Of a DNA stretch of 64,000 bases, positions 39,410 through 51,887 are shown piece by piece. The first letter of the stretch is position 1, and each line of letters starts with the position of its first letter. This stretch comes from Yuukianura sp. NJ FZ-2021 (lineage: Eukaryota). The stretch spans positions 1,240,001 to 1,304,000 of the forward strand of contig CM102284.1 in assembly GCA_046563655.1 (NCBI GenBank). The letters are read 5' to 3'. A program made the position numbers and the translations under genes. A model generated the notes under the pieces. The model was not told the origin of the DNA. It saw only the letters and a list, made by a program, of their open reading frames with translations, and ran no database searches.

Positions 39410-40403
39410 ATGGTGACTGCAAGTTACGCAGTTGCAATTTTTGCTGCAATTTGCATTGTGTTTGCAAATGCTCACAGTCCAGCGTATCAAACGCGATTTG
39501 AGGAATGTCCAGTAGAAAAGATGGAGATCGACTACATTGCGCATGGCAGGGAATTCATGTTGGGCAATTTGTCCATCTATGAAACAGTGGACGAAACACC
39601 TACGCGGCTCCTCATTGCAGCTTACGACATCTTCGGAGCCACCGACAACACGCGACTTTTCTGCGACTTATTAGCTGAAGCCTACGGATTCCGAGTTGTC
39701 ATGCCCGACTTTTTTCGAGGAGAACCGTGGGACCATAACAAATGGCCACCAGAGTAAGGCTTAAGCGCTAATTTCAAAATTTCAAAGAAATCTACTAATG
39801 AAATTTTCAAAAAAAAATGTTTTTGTGATGTTTTCAAGTCCTGAAGAATACGAAGAATGGGCTGAAAATGTTGCCAACTACGAAACTATTGCAAGGTATG
39901 ACATTGCAAATATACTCAACTACTACGAAACTGTTGAGGGAATAACAGACGTCGGCATTTTCGGATTCTGTTGGGGCGGGATGGTTTCTGCGATGGCGTC
40001 AACTGAATTTAAAAACATCCAAGTAGCCGGATTGGTCCATCCTTCAAGCATAACTGCAGAAATGATACAAAATGCTGCTGCGCCAATGTACTTGTTTCCA
40101 TGCCTAGACGATCCTGACATGGTAAATCTCAGAATCTGAAACAAAGTTTCAAAATTTCAGAAAATCACAATTTTTAATACTAAACTTTTGGGTTTCTAGC
40201 TTCCATGGTATGAAATTTTAAAAGACAAATTTGGAGACAATTCTGGACATAGGCGGTACGACGACATGTGTCACGGATTCTCTACTTCTATGGGCAACTT
40301 TAGTAATCCGCTGCTTTTCCAAAGAGTGGAACAAACTATTGACATTCTTGGCAATTTCTTTGTTCGTAACCTTAGTTACCAACAGCAGATAACAAATTTT
40401 TGA
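39410..40403 (+). CDS. Dienelactone hydrolase family (carboxymethylenebutenolidase-like) protein with signal peptide; exons 39410-39753, 39839-40121, 40200-40403
   Basis: YDIFG, MPDFFRGEP, the nucleophile motif GFCWGG, HPS and C-terminal HGF; in-frame GT-AG introns. Confidence 0.88.
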
Positions 40404-40640
40404 AAAAAAAAACTTAAATGTTGAGACGTTCATGCGAAATTCAAAAATAAAAGCACTTGATTCGATTTTTAATTTGAAAAAAAAATCAAAATGAGAAAAT
40501 TGATTACATCGCCAGCTGGGAGCGGAAATCCACCTTACAGACAGACAAATATATCCTCTATTTTTTTAGTATAATAATAGATAGATTCAAATAGATAGAT
40601 CAAATTCGTTGCTCAAGTATTTCAATATTCCAGCATTTTA

Positions 40641-43600
40641 TTATGAAATTTCGTTCATTTTTTCAAAATTTGAAACCGAAAACATGCAAGGTTTAAGTAA
40701 TGTGGTAGCAATGTAAAGTAGTAACGAATTTTTGGGTAATTTTACATCCCCGCCACATCGTTTGAATGCCAGATAAGCTCCAAGTCCAATCGTCGTCAAT
40801 CCTAACACTTTGAATCCAGTAGTAACACATTTGGCACTCGGCGCATGCGTCTCCCACCACGTGACTGGAAACGGCGTTTCCGGAACCTCCTACAAGTGAA
40901 CACCAAAATTTTAATTTCCAGAGAAATTTTTTTTCGAAATTTTGAAATCATGGTTATGTTTAACCGTAATAACCTTGGATTCTTTTTCTTTTTGCCAGAT
41001 TTCATCTTTTTGAATTTTTTCCATATTGTGCAAAATTTCTCTAGCAGCTCTTTCTCCAGAAGAAACTGCTCCTTCCATGTAACATGCCCACCAAATAGCT
41101 GTTTCAGTTCCCGCGAAATACATGTTTCCTACTGGTCGTCTTAGCACGTGACCATGCGTCGTCAGTAGTCCTGGAGCCCATACTGTCGCATAGCAACCGC
41201 CCGAGTACTGCTCCTCTGACCAGCATTTCTCTTCGTAGTGAACTGGTTTTAAAGCGTCGTCACTTTTGAAAATTTTGCTCAAATTTTCTGCCAATTTGTT
41301 CTTCCGTTGCTCAGTCGTGAGTGCTTCGTAGTTGCGTCGCAGGCGGTCGGTCGCAATGAATCTGCAAATTGCAAAAAATTTACAACTTTGACAAATTTCA
41401 ATTTTTTTGAGTCAAGGGGCTTGAAAGACAAAGAACAAGAGTGTAGAAAAAATAAAGAATCGGAGTGGAATTCGAACCCATATCTTATCAATCCAGGAAG
41501 AGCTCTAACCCTTGAGCTATCAGGCCCTATTCTAAAAATTTATTTGAAATTTGTTACCCGACGATTGCAGGATGTGAACCGTCAGGTTTAGTGTCGTTGA
41601 GCGTAAATTGCATGTCGAATTCGTGGCCATCTTGTGTCGTCATAACGGAACCGCAGTATCCAAGGTCTTTCCAGAATGCAGTTTTGTAGTACAGAATGCA
41701 TTTCATAACGGCGCCAACAGGCAGGCGCTGAAGCAGCTGATTTCGTAAAGCAGAAAGTTCCGGTTCATAGTGAATTTTTTGTTGAACGGCAGGCGGCGTT
41801 GCTTGAATCACGTATTTAGCCTTATTTTAAAAAAAATGTCAAATTCTTACAAATTTGAAATTTTTTAAATTTTAAAAAAATTCAAAATTTATCACCTTAT
41901 ACTCAGACCCGTCTAGTGTTTTGGCATAGACAAATCCTTCACGTTGTATAATTTGGTGCACAGGCTGAGACAAGTGAACTCTCTGAGGGCCAAGTCGTTC
42001 GTAAATTTTTTCAGAAATTTGCTGTGACCCACCATGAAATTTTCGTTCTTGGCCGCCATTGGTCGTTGAAAGAATTCGTTTCATTCCGTCACATTGTTTA
42101 ACGTACCACAAAACCCAAAGGAGGGAAGCCTCCCATGGTTCGGCCGTCAGAATCATATTGAGGAACGAAATGGCAAAGTCCTTGGTGGCTCTAGAAGTTT
42201 ACAAAAATCAAATTAAAGAAAAACACATTTTTGAAAAAAAAGAAGATGGTTTTAAAATTTCATTACTTTGTTTGACAAGTTTTGTTCACAAAATCCTGGA
42301 ACGTCATGCGATCCCACTCCCACGCCTTTGGAGCATTCCACGGCGCCTCGGCAGGAACTTCTTTGCCCATTTCGTCCATTGTGCGAATAAAATTGTTCAA
42401 ATCCAATCGCTCCAGAAATCCACCAATTGCTGGAAGCTCATTTACTCCAAATCGGCGTGCTTTTCCCTAGAAAATTCAACTTTAAACGCATGCGTTATAG
42501 TTTTTTTTCAGTTTTTAATTTACTTACCTTTGAGAAGTACAGAAGATCTTGCGTTTCGTCAACTTTGTACGTGTCAAGCCCAAGATCCTTGGCCATGCGC
42601 AGTAAGTTATTTTGTGTTGGACCAACGTACGATCCACCCATATCGACATATCCACCCACCTCTGGTTTCTAAACAAAAAATTTCGAAATTTTGAACTCCC
42701 TTGAATTCAAAATTTTCGAAAATTTTGGAATTACCCTGACAGTCCATGTTCTGCCGCCAACACGATCCCTGGCTTCCAGAACCACAACATCGATTCCAGC
42801 TTCATGCAGAAGCTTTGCAGCGCTGAGCCCTTTTCAAAAAAAAAAGTTAAAAAAAAATCAGAGAAAGCAAATTGTTTCATTTTTTTTTCGAAATGTGAAG
42901 ACTGAAAATAATGGCTAAAGATAAATGATATTTATTACTGTTAATATTTTGCAACCTGCCGCTGCCTAAAAAAATAAAATTAATGTATAGTTCCGGGAAA
43001 AAAAAACATCTTTATTCGAAGATTTTTTTATTGGAGATTTTTTTTTTTACAATTTTTACTTTAGTAAAATTTAGAATTTGAGAATTTATTTTTTTTACTT
43101 TAAATAAAGCATTTGGTTTAAAAATTTAGTACACTTGGAAGCTACTAATTTTTGTAAGATTAACTCGAAGATGAAGATCGCCGAAGCCAAAGTTAAGCCA
43201 ATGATGAGGATAGATCCCGTGCCTAAATTTGCTTGAAGATCAAGTGCTCTCGGCCCGTCAGCCGAAGTTTTCAACGCTTTAACAATAAGATCATTGACTC
43301 CAAAATTCGGATTTTCACGTAACCATTTTGACCCCTCCCGTCCGCTCTGTAAATTGTCATCTCCCATCCATTTCTGATACAGTCCAGATGCAATTATTTC
43401 CAAAATAAATGAGTCTAGTGGGGCTCGAAGGGGCGACCCCTTGCGGTACACCCAAGCCAAAAGTGTTTTTAGAACAAAATGGTCCGACTTGACTAATATC
43501 CCTTTCGACTCATGCGCATTGAGCGTCACATTTGTGACTACTGCATAGTCCGCATTTATTTCCCAGTCAAGACAGGCACAGTTCGGCGTCAAAAAGGCTG

Positions 43601-45965
43601 ATATGATACATTCTGGTGAATTGTTGACAAGCAAAGATTTGCTAAAAATTGCTTTTTGAATTGGATCTGTGGATTGACGTGTAAAATGGTATGCAATTCC
43701 ACCGTAATTTCGAAAAAGCAGTTTATAGTTTTGGGTGATCAGCTGTTCGTGGGTTGTCGGTTGCTCTCCAGGGCGCAAAAATGTTAAAGCGTAGATGAGG
43801 CGCGAGCGATAACCAGCTGTAAGGATCAAACTAGCCAAAATCCACAAAATTGTTAGCCCGCGAATTCGAAATCCGATCCAAAATTTTGAATCCGACGAAG
43901 CCTGTTCTACAGTAATCGCCGTGATGTAGGTTATAACTAGTCTAAGGATGGAAAATCGACGCGCCTTAGGCGCGGAATGCTTAAATTGGAAACACAGAGC
44001 TGTAAAGTACACTGGAGTTAGTGCCAGTGCAGAAAGGAAAATTAAGAGCCAAAGATGTGGTCGAAAGGGACGGAAAATCGATTCCCACGAAATTTTCGGC
44101 GGGAGATTTCGAATGTAAAACACGCGTCGTGACTCTCCCATGGACACTCCATTGTCCACGACGCCATCTCGCGTTGATGTTAAGCCCAATCCGACTCCGA
44201 CGTCTGCCTCACGGTTAAAAACTTCTCCAACGGCTCCGTACCATCTTCCATCTTTTTTGAATCCCGAAGCCCCATCGTTATTGGCGTATTGCAGAGCAAA
44301 CGAAAAGTTGAAATTTCGAGCCGCTCGTTTCAAAATTTCAACGTAAATTCCAGCAGCTCCGACGTGCGTCTTTGCAGAAGTTTCTTCAAATCTGATCAGC
44401 CCTTTGCTGCCGACTGCACTCACTCTCAACACTCTTCCAGAAAAAATAGCATTGGCTGAAGGTTGTTGAAATGTAACATCGTTGCTGTTGGTTCCATGTC
44501 ATAACAGCCAAATCAAAAAGAGCTAATTTCCGAAAGAGCCAACTTCGAAAAGTGCCAATTTCCAAAAAAAGCGATTGCTATCAAGAAACTTACAAACAAG
44601 CGACGTTTTGAATAAAACCGTGCTCGCTACATATGCTAACGTAACATAACTTAATTTATTCACACTTAAAATAGTAAACTCTTGTTGTCCTGTGTTCTAA
44701 CAATCGGCGTGTTTGGAATTGGCTATTATCGCATCGGCTTTTTTGGAAATTGGGTCTTTTGGCATTGGCCATTTTTGATTTGGCGGTTATGACCTGCTAC
44801 GGTCGCTGATAACGTAGTGTTTGAAGCGTATTTCGTGAGGAAATGAAGTAGATTGCAACAGATTCAGACTTTGACTGTTTCCGATGAAGAAAAAATGGTC
44901 TTTGGCTGGATTCGCGAATTTTTGAAAATGGAGCCACTGTGAGAGCGCAGTGAAACGGTTTTGGTGTCCGAAAATTAAAATGGCATGACATTGATGAGTG
45001 TGGCGAAGTAGGAAATTATTAAATGGAGTCATAAGATCTGTTTCATTTAGCTCCCACTGCTGTGACTCGTCCAAGTTGTAAAGTTCCAAATTTCCGGCGG
45101 AATTTTTGAAATTTAAAATTTTGGCTACGAGAACTTGATTTCCAATATTCAGTTCACTTCCGATTTCTTCCACTTCGTCACTTGAGTAAATCCAAGTTTG
45201 GCAGAAGTTATTTCGTTTTAATTGCTCCAAAACGTATGTTGCTACGTCCGTATTTTTCGACACGGTCAACTGCAGTTGATAAATTAGCAGTGTCTGGAAG
45301 AGGACTATTGATCCAGCCATGTATTTGACCTTTGACCTTCAGTCCTATTTTTAGCTGAAAATTGGCCAAATCCGATAAAATATAATATACTCTACTGGGC
45401 CAAGATCGGTCAAACTTGTTTCAAATTGAAAATTTACATTAATCGGATGTATCTTCTCTGGTGGTGTAAAAGACATTAGTGATGTGAAAATTGAAAAATA
45501 ATATTGGTGGAAATTGTGTTTGATTGGATACAATTTGTATTTGCCTTAGAATTTGACATGATTCATATTGGGCGTGCTGTTTTTCCGTTGGCCACATAAA
45601 GACAATTAGAATTTCAAAGAAAAGTCATATTTATCTTGTCACAATCACTCGATTTACTTAAGTCATTTTTAAAAAATGGTCACTTCATGGTTAACGTCAC
45701 AGCGAGGCACATTGACATAATGGACAGTATTATACAAAATGGTTTTGTCACGGAACGCAACTCAAACAAAAGTAGTAAGAGAATATGACAAAAAGTTTAT
45801 AGAAAAATGCTTTTTAGCAATAACTTTTAGTACAATATGCACAACTTAGCATGCTGATTCCCGGATACTTATGGACAGGTACCATTATGGGCACAATCCA
45901 TAAGGATCCGGTTACGACTTACCGCTAATTCCTGCCCCGACAACGATAACTTCACACTCCTTCAT
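40641..45965 (-). CDS. Flavin-containing monoamine oxidase (MAO-A/B-like); exons 45965-45923, 42829-42735, 42668-42528, 42466-42267, 42190-41896, 41820-41558, 41361-40974, 40889-40641; about 557 aa
   Basis: [62 protein letters not shown] (FAD-binding Cys), FAGTETA...YMEGAV..GERAA and a hydrophobic C-terminal tail. All phases are consistent. Confidence 0.92.
41415..41527 (-). mobile_element. tRNA-derived SINE-like element (copy 3) in MAO intron 6
   Basis: Minus strand reads GGGCCTGATAGCTCAAGGGTTAGAGCTCTTCC...GGGTTCGAATTCC (A and B boxes), followed by a pyrimidine tail. Confidence 0.65.
43095..45320 (-). CDS. Divergent ionotropic receptor (IR) nested in MAO intron 1; segments 45320-44794 and 44484-43095 (about 638 aa if spliced; otherwise a MITE-disrupted pseudogene)
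   Basis: Signal peptide, [27 protein letters not shown], the S1 Arg (TSTR), [10 protein letters not shown] before M1, M3 [21 protein letters not shown]...[10 protein letters not shown] and M4. Confidence 0.85.
44498..44793. mobile_element. MITE (about 296 bp) interrupting the IR coding sequence
   Basis: TIRs GTCATAAC(A/C)GCCAAATCAAAAA at both ends, plus subterminal GCCAA-type repeats. Confidence 0.75.
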
Positions 45966-47168
45966 GTTAGCACTCAAAAGCTACAGTTCGTGTTGCTAGG
46001 TCTGCCGATGGATTTGAACTTGAAGTGGATAGAGTTTTGTAATTTGTGGGCTCAAAGTCAGTAGACTCTTCAAAAAAAATTAAAGTGTTAAACTTATCAT
46101 TTTTTGTGAGACAAGATGACATCATTCCCATATCCAAAAAAAAAAACTGCTGAAGCTAAGATGCATGGGAATCATTCTCTGGAGCACATTATCAAACTGT
46201 ACCATAAATTTTAATAAGTCTGGAGCACATTTTTACTTACTACAAGTAAAACCTAATCACCTTCAGACAAGGTCAGGTCATTTCAAATTTCGCGCTTTTG
46301 AAATTTGAATTTTAAAACAATGGATGTTTTTCGAAAAAAGAAATTGAAATTATCGTGTTAAACGATAGAGCAGTTAGCCTCATTTTTTTAATTTTCCACT
46401 TTCAGCAATTTGAAATTCCACGTTAAATTAAGCTTTGTTCAAAAATGAAATTTTTGTAAACAAAATTATAGGCGATTGTGAGGGGTATTGTGCGCTTTAA
46501 ACGCTTGCCGAATTGGGTTTACCCGGACTCAACTTTCTTTTCCAAAATTATCCTATATTATTTCGGCGTTAGAGAAACAGTCTGTAATGTTACTCATTCT
46601 AAAAATTTTGTGAGCAGCTTTCAGATATCTGCACAAAAAATCTTTTAAAATATACCCACAAAAATTCCGGGTTCATTCCGGGTATACGTCTTTTTTTTTT
46701 TCTCTTTTTTTTTTAGAAATTATGCCTAATTTCACAACACTTACCAATTTGAAACGTTGATGTATTACAGAAATTTTCCGCTTGGAAAATCGCCAGTTTT
46801 AAAATTGACTTTTCTTGAAAAGGCATATTTTTTAAATTACTACCTCCAATATCACATGGATATTGAACTTATTATTTTGTTTTCAAAAAAAGCATTCCCG
46901 AATTTGCTTGGAGCAGCAATTTTGAATTTTTTCAAAGTTGATTGTAGGAAGCTGTTACTGTAATAATAGAATACATGATAACCTTTAATTTTTCAAAAAA
47001 ATTTACAAAATTGTTTACAAAAAAGTTTTTCTACAAAATTCTACTTTGGATTCATACATTTAACTCCGACCTGTTCTTGACATTGACTTCATTTTCTACT
47101 CTTCCGGCAGTGAATACGGATACATTTTTGAAGTAAAAAAAAAGTTGCTCTCTGGCATTCCTTGCAAT

Positions 47169-48865
47169 ATGTTGACTCCAAAAGAACGGATAATGTTAAG
47201 AACGCTTCTGCGTTCATGTTGCTTTCTGCGAATGTGTCCATTTGAATTTGAAAATGGAAAACTAATTTGCACCAGAGCAGCAATTCTTCGATCTTACGCC
47301 ACTACTGTCCCAACTATGGCTTGCGTTGTAGCTTACTACCTGATCTGCTATTTCCAATTTCAACACGTAAGTACATTGCAAGCTGGCGTTATGCTCCTTA
47401 TCATCACTCTGTCTACAACAATGATTGGCACTCGCCTTGTTCTCCTCAAATTTCCACATGAAATCGCAGCAATTTTCAACAACATCTTGTCCTTGGATGA
47501 AAAGCTAGGTAAATATTTTTCATGACATTACTGTTTACTGTTATACAGCTATATCATGTGGTGATGTGGCTATATTTGTGATTTGAATTAAAAATGGATA
47601 GTACTAAATATTTTTCTACAGGAAAATTGTTAGGGATTCAGCGCAAACCTGGTGAAAACAAAATACGGGAGTTCATCATATCTTTTCTGGATCCAACCAC
47701 ACCAACATACATTTTCTTCATGTGCATCGTCGTCTTCGAGATGCATTTTACCAGCCTACTGTCTCATCCAGTGTTGTACATACCTACGTTGATTGGTAAG
47801 TAAGCATAAGGACATACACAAATTGTATATAGTAACCCATACATGTAGGTGCACACATACATGTAGGTGCACACATACATGCACTATGAACATAGTACAT
47901 GCAATTTAAATAAAGTGGCATTCAATATGTTTTTGGTGTATGGTTACATGTATATCGTAACACAGTATATAGACAGGTACATGATTTGCGCGCTTTACAA
48001 TACACAAATTCATTCTCTAATCCTTATCTAATTATGTAGGCAGATCATGTCTTTCGTTCCTATGTAAATGACATGTTGTTGACTATATGTTATGTAGAGT
48101 GCATGTGTGTTATACGTGCAGTGTACAACCTTGTCACAAATAATATTGTATTTATACATGTACGTTTACAGCTATAGTGTGGATGGGTTTCATCAACTGT
48201 CACGACATCATGCTCATGGTAAATTGTCTCCTCTACACCATGTACACTGTGCTTTTCTGGCTCCGAAAAATCGGGTATAAAAACTCAGTTTTCAAAATCC
48301 TAGTTATATTCTTAAACAGTTTTCAATATTGACGTCTTCATTCAGGACAAAGACTGGACTTCAATGTGCTGGAAGCATTGGAGTCTACCGAGCTCTGGAT
48401 CTTCTTCAACGCCTAAACTCTATCGTTTTTGGACTCATCTTCATCCCGGACATGTACTTTGTCCAATCATTCTCTATTGTTGGCTTGGCCTACTGTATCA
48501 TCCGTGCCCGATGTCTCTTTTCCGCTGTCGTCTTTGGTTTCCTTTGCATTATTTTTGTCATGGCTCTACTATGGACTCCTGCATTGTCACAAATCATGTC
48601 CCAGATATACTTCACAGCATGTCACTTCAAACAACATGCAAGGCCTTCTGGCATTGGACAAAACAGAAAAATGCACTATCTGGCTCTGAAATCCATGCCG
48701 GTGCTTAAAATGACAGTTGGATCCCTCTACTTTCTGGACAAGAATGCTACAATTGCTCTACTTGACCAAATTGTTAACTGGCTTACATATGTTCTCATCA
48801 GTACTGATGAGTCAGGCTGCAATGCTGCTGCTCCAGTTGCCAAAGCCTGGAAAGAATACATTTAG
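47169..48865 (+). CDS. GR/OR-superfamily-like multi-pass chemoreceptor; exons 47169-47508, 47622-47795, 48172-48274, 48346-48865; about 378 aa
   Basis: Several hydrophobic segments and C-terminal LKSMPVLKMTVGSLYFLDKNATIALLDQIVNWLTYVLI. Shares a phase-2 intron after FWLxK with the minus-strand array. Confidence 0.75.
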
Positions 48866-49716
48866 TACGGAAAAGAATTGTGAAATACAGAAAACACTGT
48901 CACGATGTAGATAATTTTAGTATTAGGTTGCAAATGTAGCATGCAATGAAGCGATACTAATTTATAATTTGTTTTACACATTTAAAAAAGTAACACGAAA
49001 GACACGTACTATTTAAAAACTTAATTTAAAAACTTTAATCGTATCCAAAATTAAAATTTGTCAATTTTTTTAAATACACGATACGGAACCAAATTTTTAA
49101 AAAACAATTGGGTCAGACCATGCATAAATAATTTTGTTTACTGTACCAAGACTTAGTATGTAAACTTAACTCATCCAAAGCCAATATGCTGTTTTGCTTT
49201 GTTGCTAATTTTATTTAATTTGGAGGGTTTGAATTGTACACTAATTGTTAAATATGTGAGTGTTGTAAAGTGTGTGTTGCTTACAAATAATATTACGGTG
49301 TTGTAAATTGGAACTTTAAAAATAAAATATGTCAGAATACGGATTACCACTTGAAAATTTACAAAAGAAAAAAAAATATTTTACAAAAAATAGCCAACTC
49401 AAATTTAAACCAAGTGATTTTCCCATTTCTACTAGAACACACTACTTTAACATTCAATTTCCTTGGGAATTACTTAAACGTACCTAATACGAATGAAATA
49501 GCACAAGAAGCAATGTTATCTAGCAGTTAAATAAGTTATTCAACCAAATTTCTACCACCTCATACTACTACTGAATTAACGGAGCTACTTCATTACGTTG
49601 ACCCTGCCTCTCTGCATGTCTGGCCGGCTCTTGGCTAGTCAGCGGAAATTGTCTAGAAAATTGCTAAACATTTCCCATAACTTTGAATTAGTAAGTAATC
49701 AATTACCAACATAAAA

Positions 49717-50905
49717 CTATTTGAACGTAACTAGCATAAATGCCACTCCATGCGTTATGTTGTCCAGAAGCGTCAACTTGGCTTCACTCTCCATGTAATA
49801 GAATTCTCCAATTTTGGATTTGATGACAGGAATTGACCTAAGGTCAACTTCAAAATTTTTCGACAAATTTCTGCATCGCATATTTGGATGAAATTGTTTT
49901 GAAATGTTGAATACAAGTGACATGGCAAGTGCTCCAGGTACAAAGAGCAGTGCAAGGAGAATCAAATAAACAAAAAACAAAGAGAACAAGAATAGGTCTA
50001 ACTTTGCTCTGAGGCAAACGACGGCAAATACGACAATGTACCAGCCCAAAATTGCTGAAAGTTTCATCATCGGAAGAACAGGTCCAAATACAGCGTTATG
50101 CATCTCATTTAATATTGTCACTTGTCGGTACAACTTGATACGCTCTTTCTGCAATTCCTCCGTTTCGTCATTATCCAGTACAAGGCAGTCCATACTGTAG
50201 AACCAAATTCAAAATTTTTGTTCAGAATTTTGAACTAGTGAGTAGCTGAACAAACGTTTTTGCTGAATCAATTGTTTTTTCTTACCACGATTTTTTTAAC
50301 CAGAAAACAATGGTTGTAATTGAAGGAATAAAAATGACAAAATGAAAATGTAGATCCATTATTATGGAAATACAAGTTAAAACTGTGCAAATAGAAAAAC
50401 AAAAATCCAAAATAACAGATCCAAATTCCCCACATTTGAACCAAATCATTTGAAAAGCAGCACTGCCAAGTGAAGCGGCGCAAAAAAATAATAATGCAAA
50501 ATATATTATTTCAGTCCAGAATTTCCTCGGGCCAAATTCTTTTTGGAAAAATTTGACCCCAAGAACATTGTTGAAGAGGATCAAACTGTTTCCAAATTGA
50601 AGCAATTGATCCAATTTGAGTTGAATATTGAATTTAAGCCCCATTGCAACAAAGAAAATTAGACCATAAAAACAATCCAAAAGTCCCATTGCGACGTTTC
50701 TATTTTTAAAATTATTTTTTGCTTCAACAAAGTAGAAAATGGAAAACAAAATGGTCAAAAGTAGAATACTTCGTGAAAAGAACTTTTTCCAAACAGATTT
50801 CTGTTGTAGCAGAATTCGATTTTGAAATTCAAATTGAATAAATTTTGATTTTGATATAATTGCAAGCGTAGATGAATAAATTTTGAACTCAGTAAAGGAA
50901 ATCAT
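49717..50905 (-). CDS. GR/OR-like chemoreceptor, array copy 1; exons 50905-50286, 50194-49717; 365 aa
   Basis: In-frame phase-2 intron, several TM segments, and C-terminal LRSIPVIKSKIGEFYYMESEAKLTLLDNITHGVAFMLVTF. Confidence 0.8.
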
Positions 50906-51130
50906 TGTTCGCGAGCTTTTTTTTGGTTTAAAATGGATTTAGCAGAATGAACACCACTGTGCACTGAAGACATATTTATAAGGTGTGAAAAAATTAACCA
51001 AAGTTGAACTATACTTATTATTTGAAACAACAAAATAATTATTTCGAAAAATTTTACCACCAAAATGTAATGCAGGCTTTATGCAAAAACATGAAAACCA
51101 TTACTATAATTGTAAGACTGAGAATATAAA

Positions 51131-51260
51131 AGACGCACCTCAGATTTTGAAAAAAAAAATTCTCTTCGAGACGAAAAAAGTAAAACAAACCTCGCGAAAA
51201 GTCGGCACTAGAAGCTCCTTTTCTCAAGTTGTAAAACAAAATGTACGATCATCTTTTTAA
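51131..51260 (+). repeat. Fragment homologous to the left end of the 59398-61273 insertion
   Basis: CGCACCTCAGATTTTGAAA...GAGACGAAAAAAGTAAA versus CGTACCTCGGATTTTGAAA...GAGACGAGAAAAGTAAA at about 59420. Confidence 0.55.
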
Positions 51261-51887
51261 AAGTCGAAATTTTTTGTTTATAAAACTCAATATACATAAA
51301 AGTTAACACGATTTTGTTATGTATACAGTCAATTGCTAATTCAGTACTGCTCGCAACTATCTGATCTCTTATTTTTTTCTTTTTGTCTGTTGACCAATCT
51401 CATAATTTTTAGTGCCGAAGTTTGTTTACTTTTTTTTCGTAGCGACGGAGGTGACAAAATTTTTGAGTTGTTCACTTTTACGAATTAAGGTAAACGAAAA
51501 AGGCGGGGCAAATGAAACAAACACTGAAGTCTAGCGCGAAAAATTGCGGAGTAGTGAATTAAACGCCTGCATGTAAAAATTTATCCGAATCCGAAATGAT
51601 GACTTATAATTTGGGAGAAAGTTATGTTTCTTGGATTTTTTTAAAGTGTGGCATAATCGTAGCTTAGGTAGGTTAGGAGAGCCTGAAAATGAATTACTAC
51701 GTAAAACTGTTTCCATCTCTATGTAATGGCAGTGCGTCCCCAAACTTTAGTTTCAAAATATTGAGAAATACTATGTATAAAATAATTCCAAATGTGTGTG
51801 TGCGTTTAGATATCTGTTAATATTATATATTACAAATATTATAGAAAATTACTACAACATGTGACCGTACAAAATGAAACACTCTTG

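Noticed and set aside
47838..47882. 18-bp unit CATACATGTAGGTGCACA repeated about 2.5 times, considered as CRISPR-like
   Set aside because: A simple intronic tandem repeat without spacers, in a eukaryotic context.
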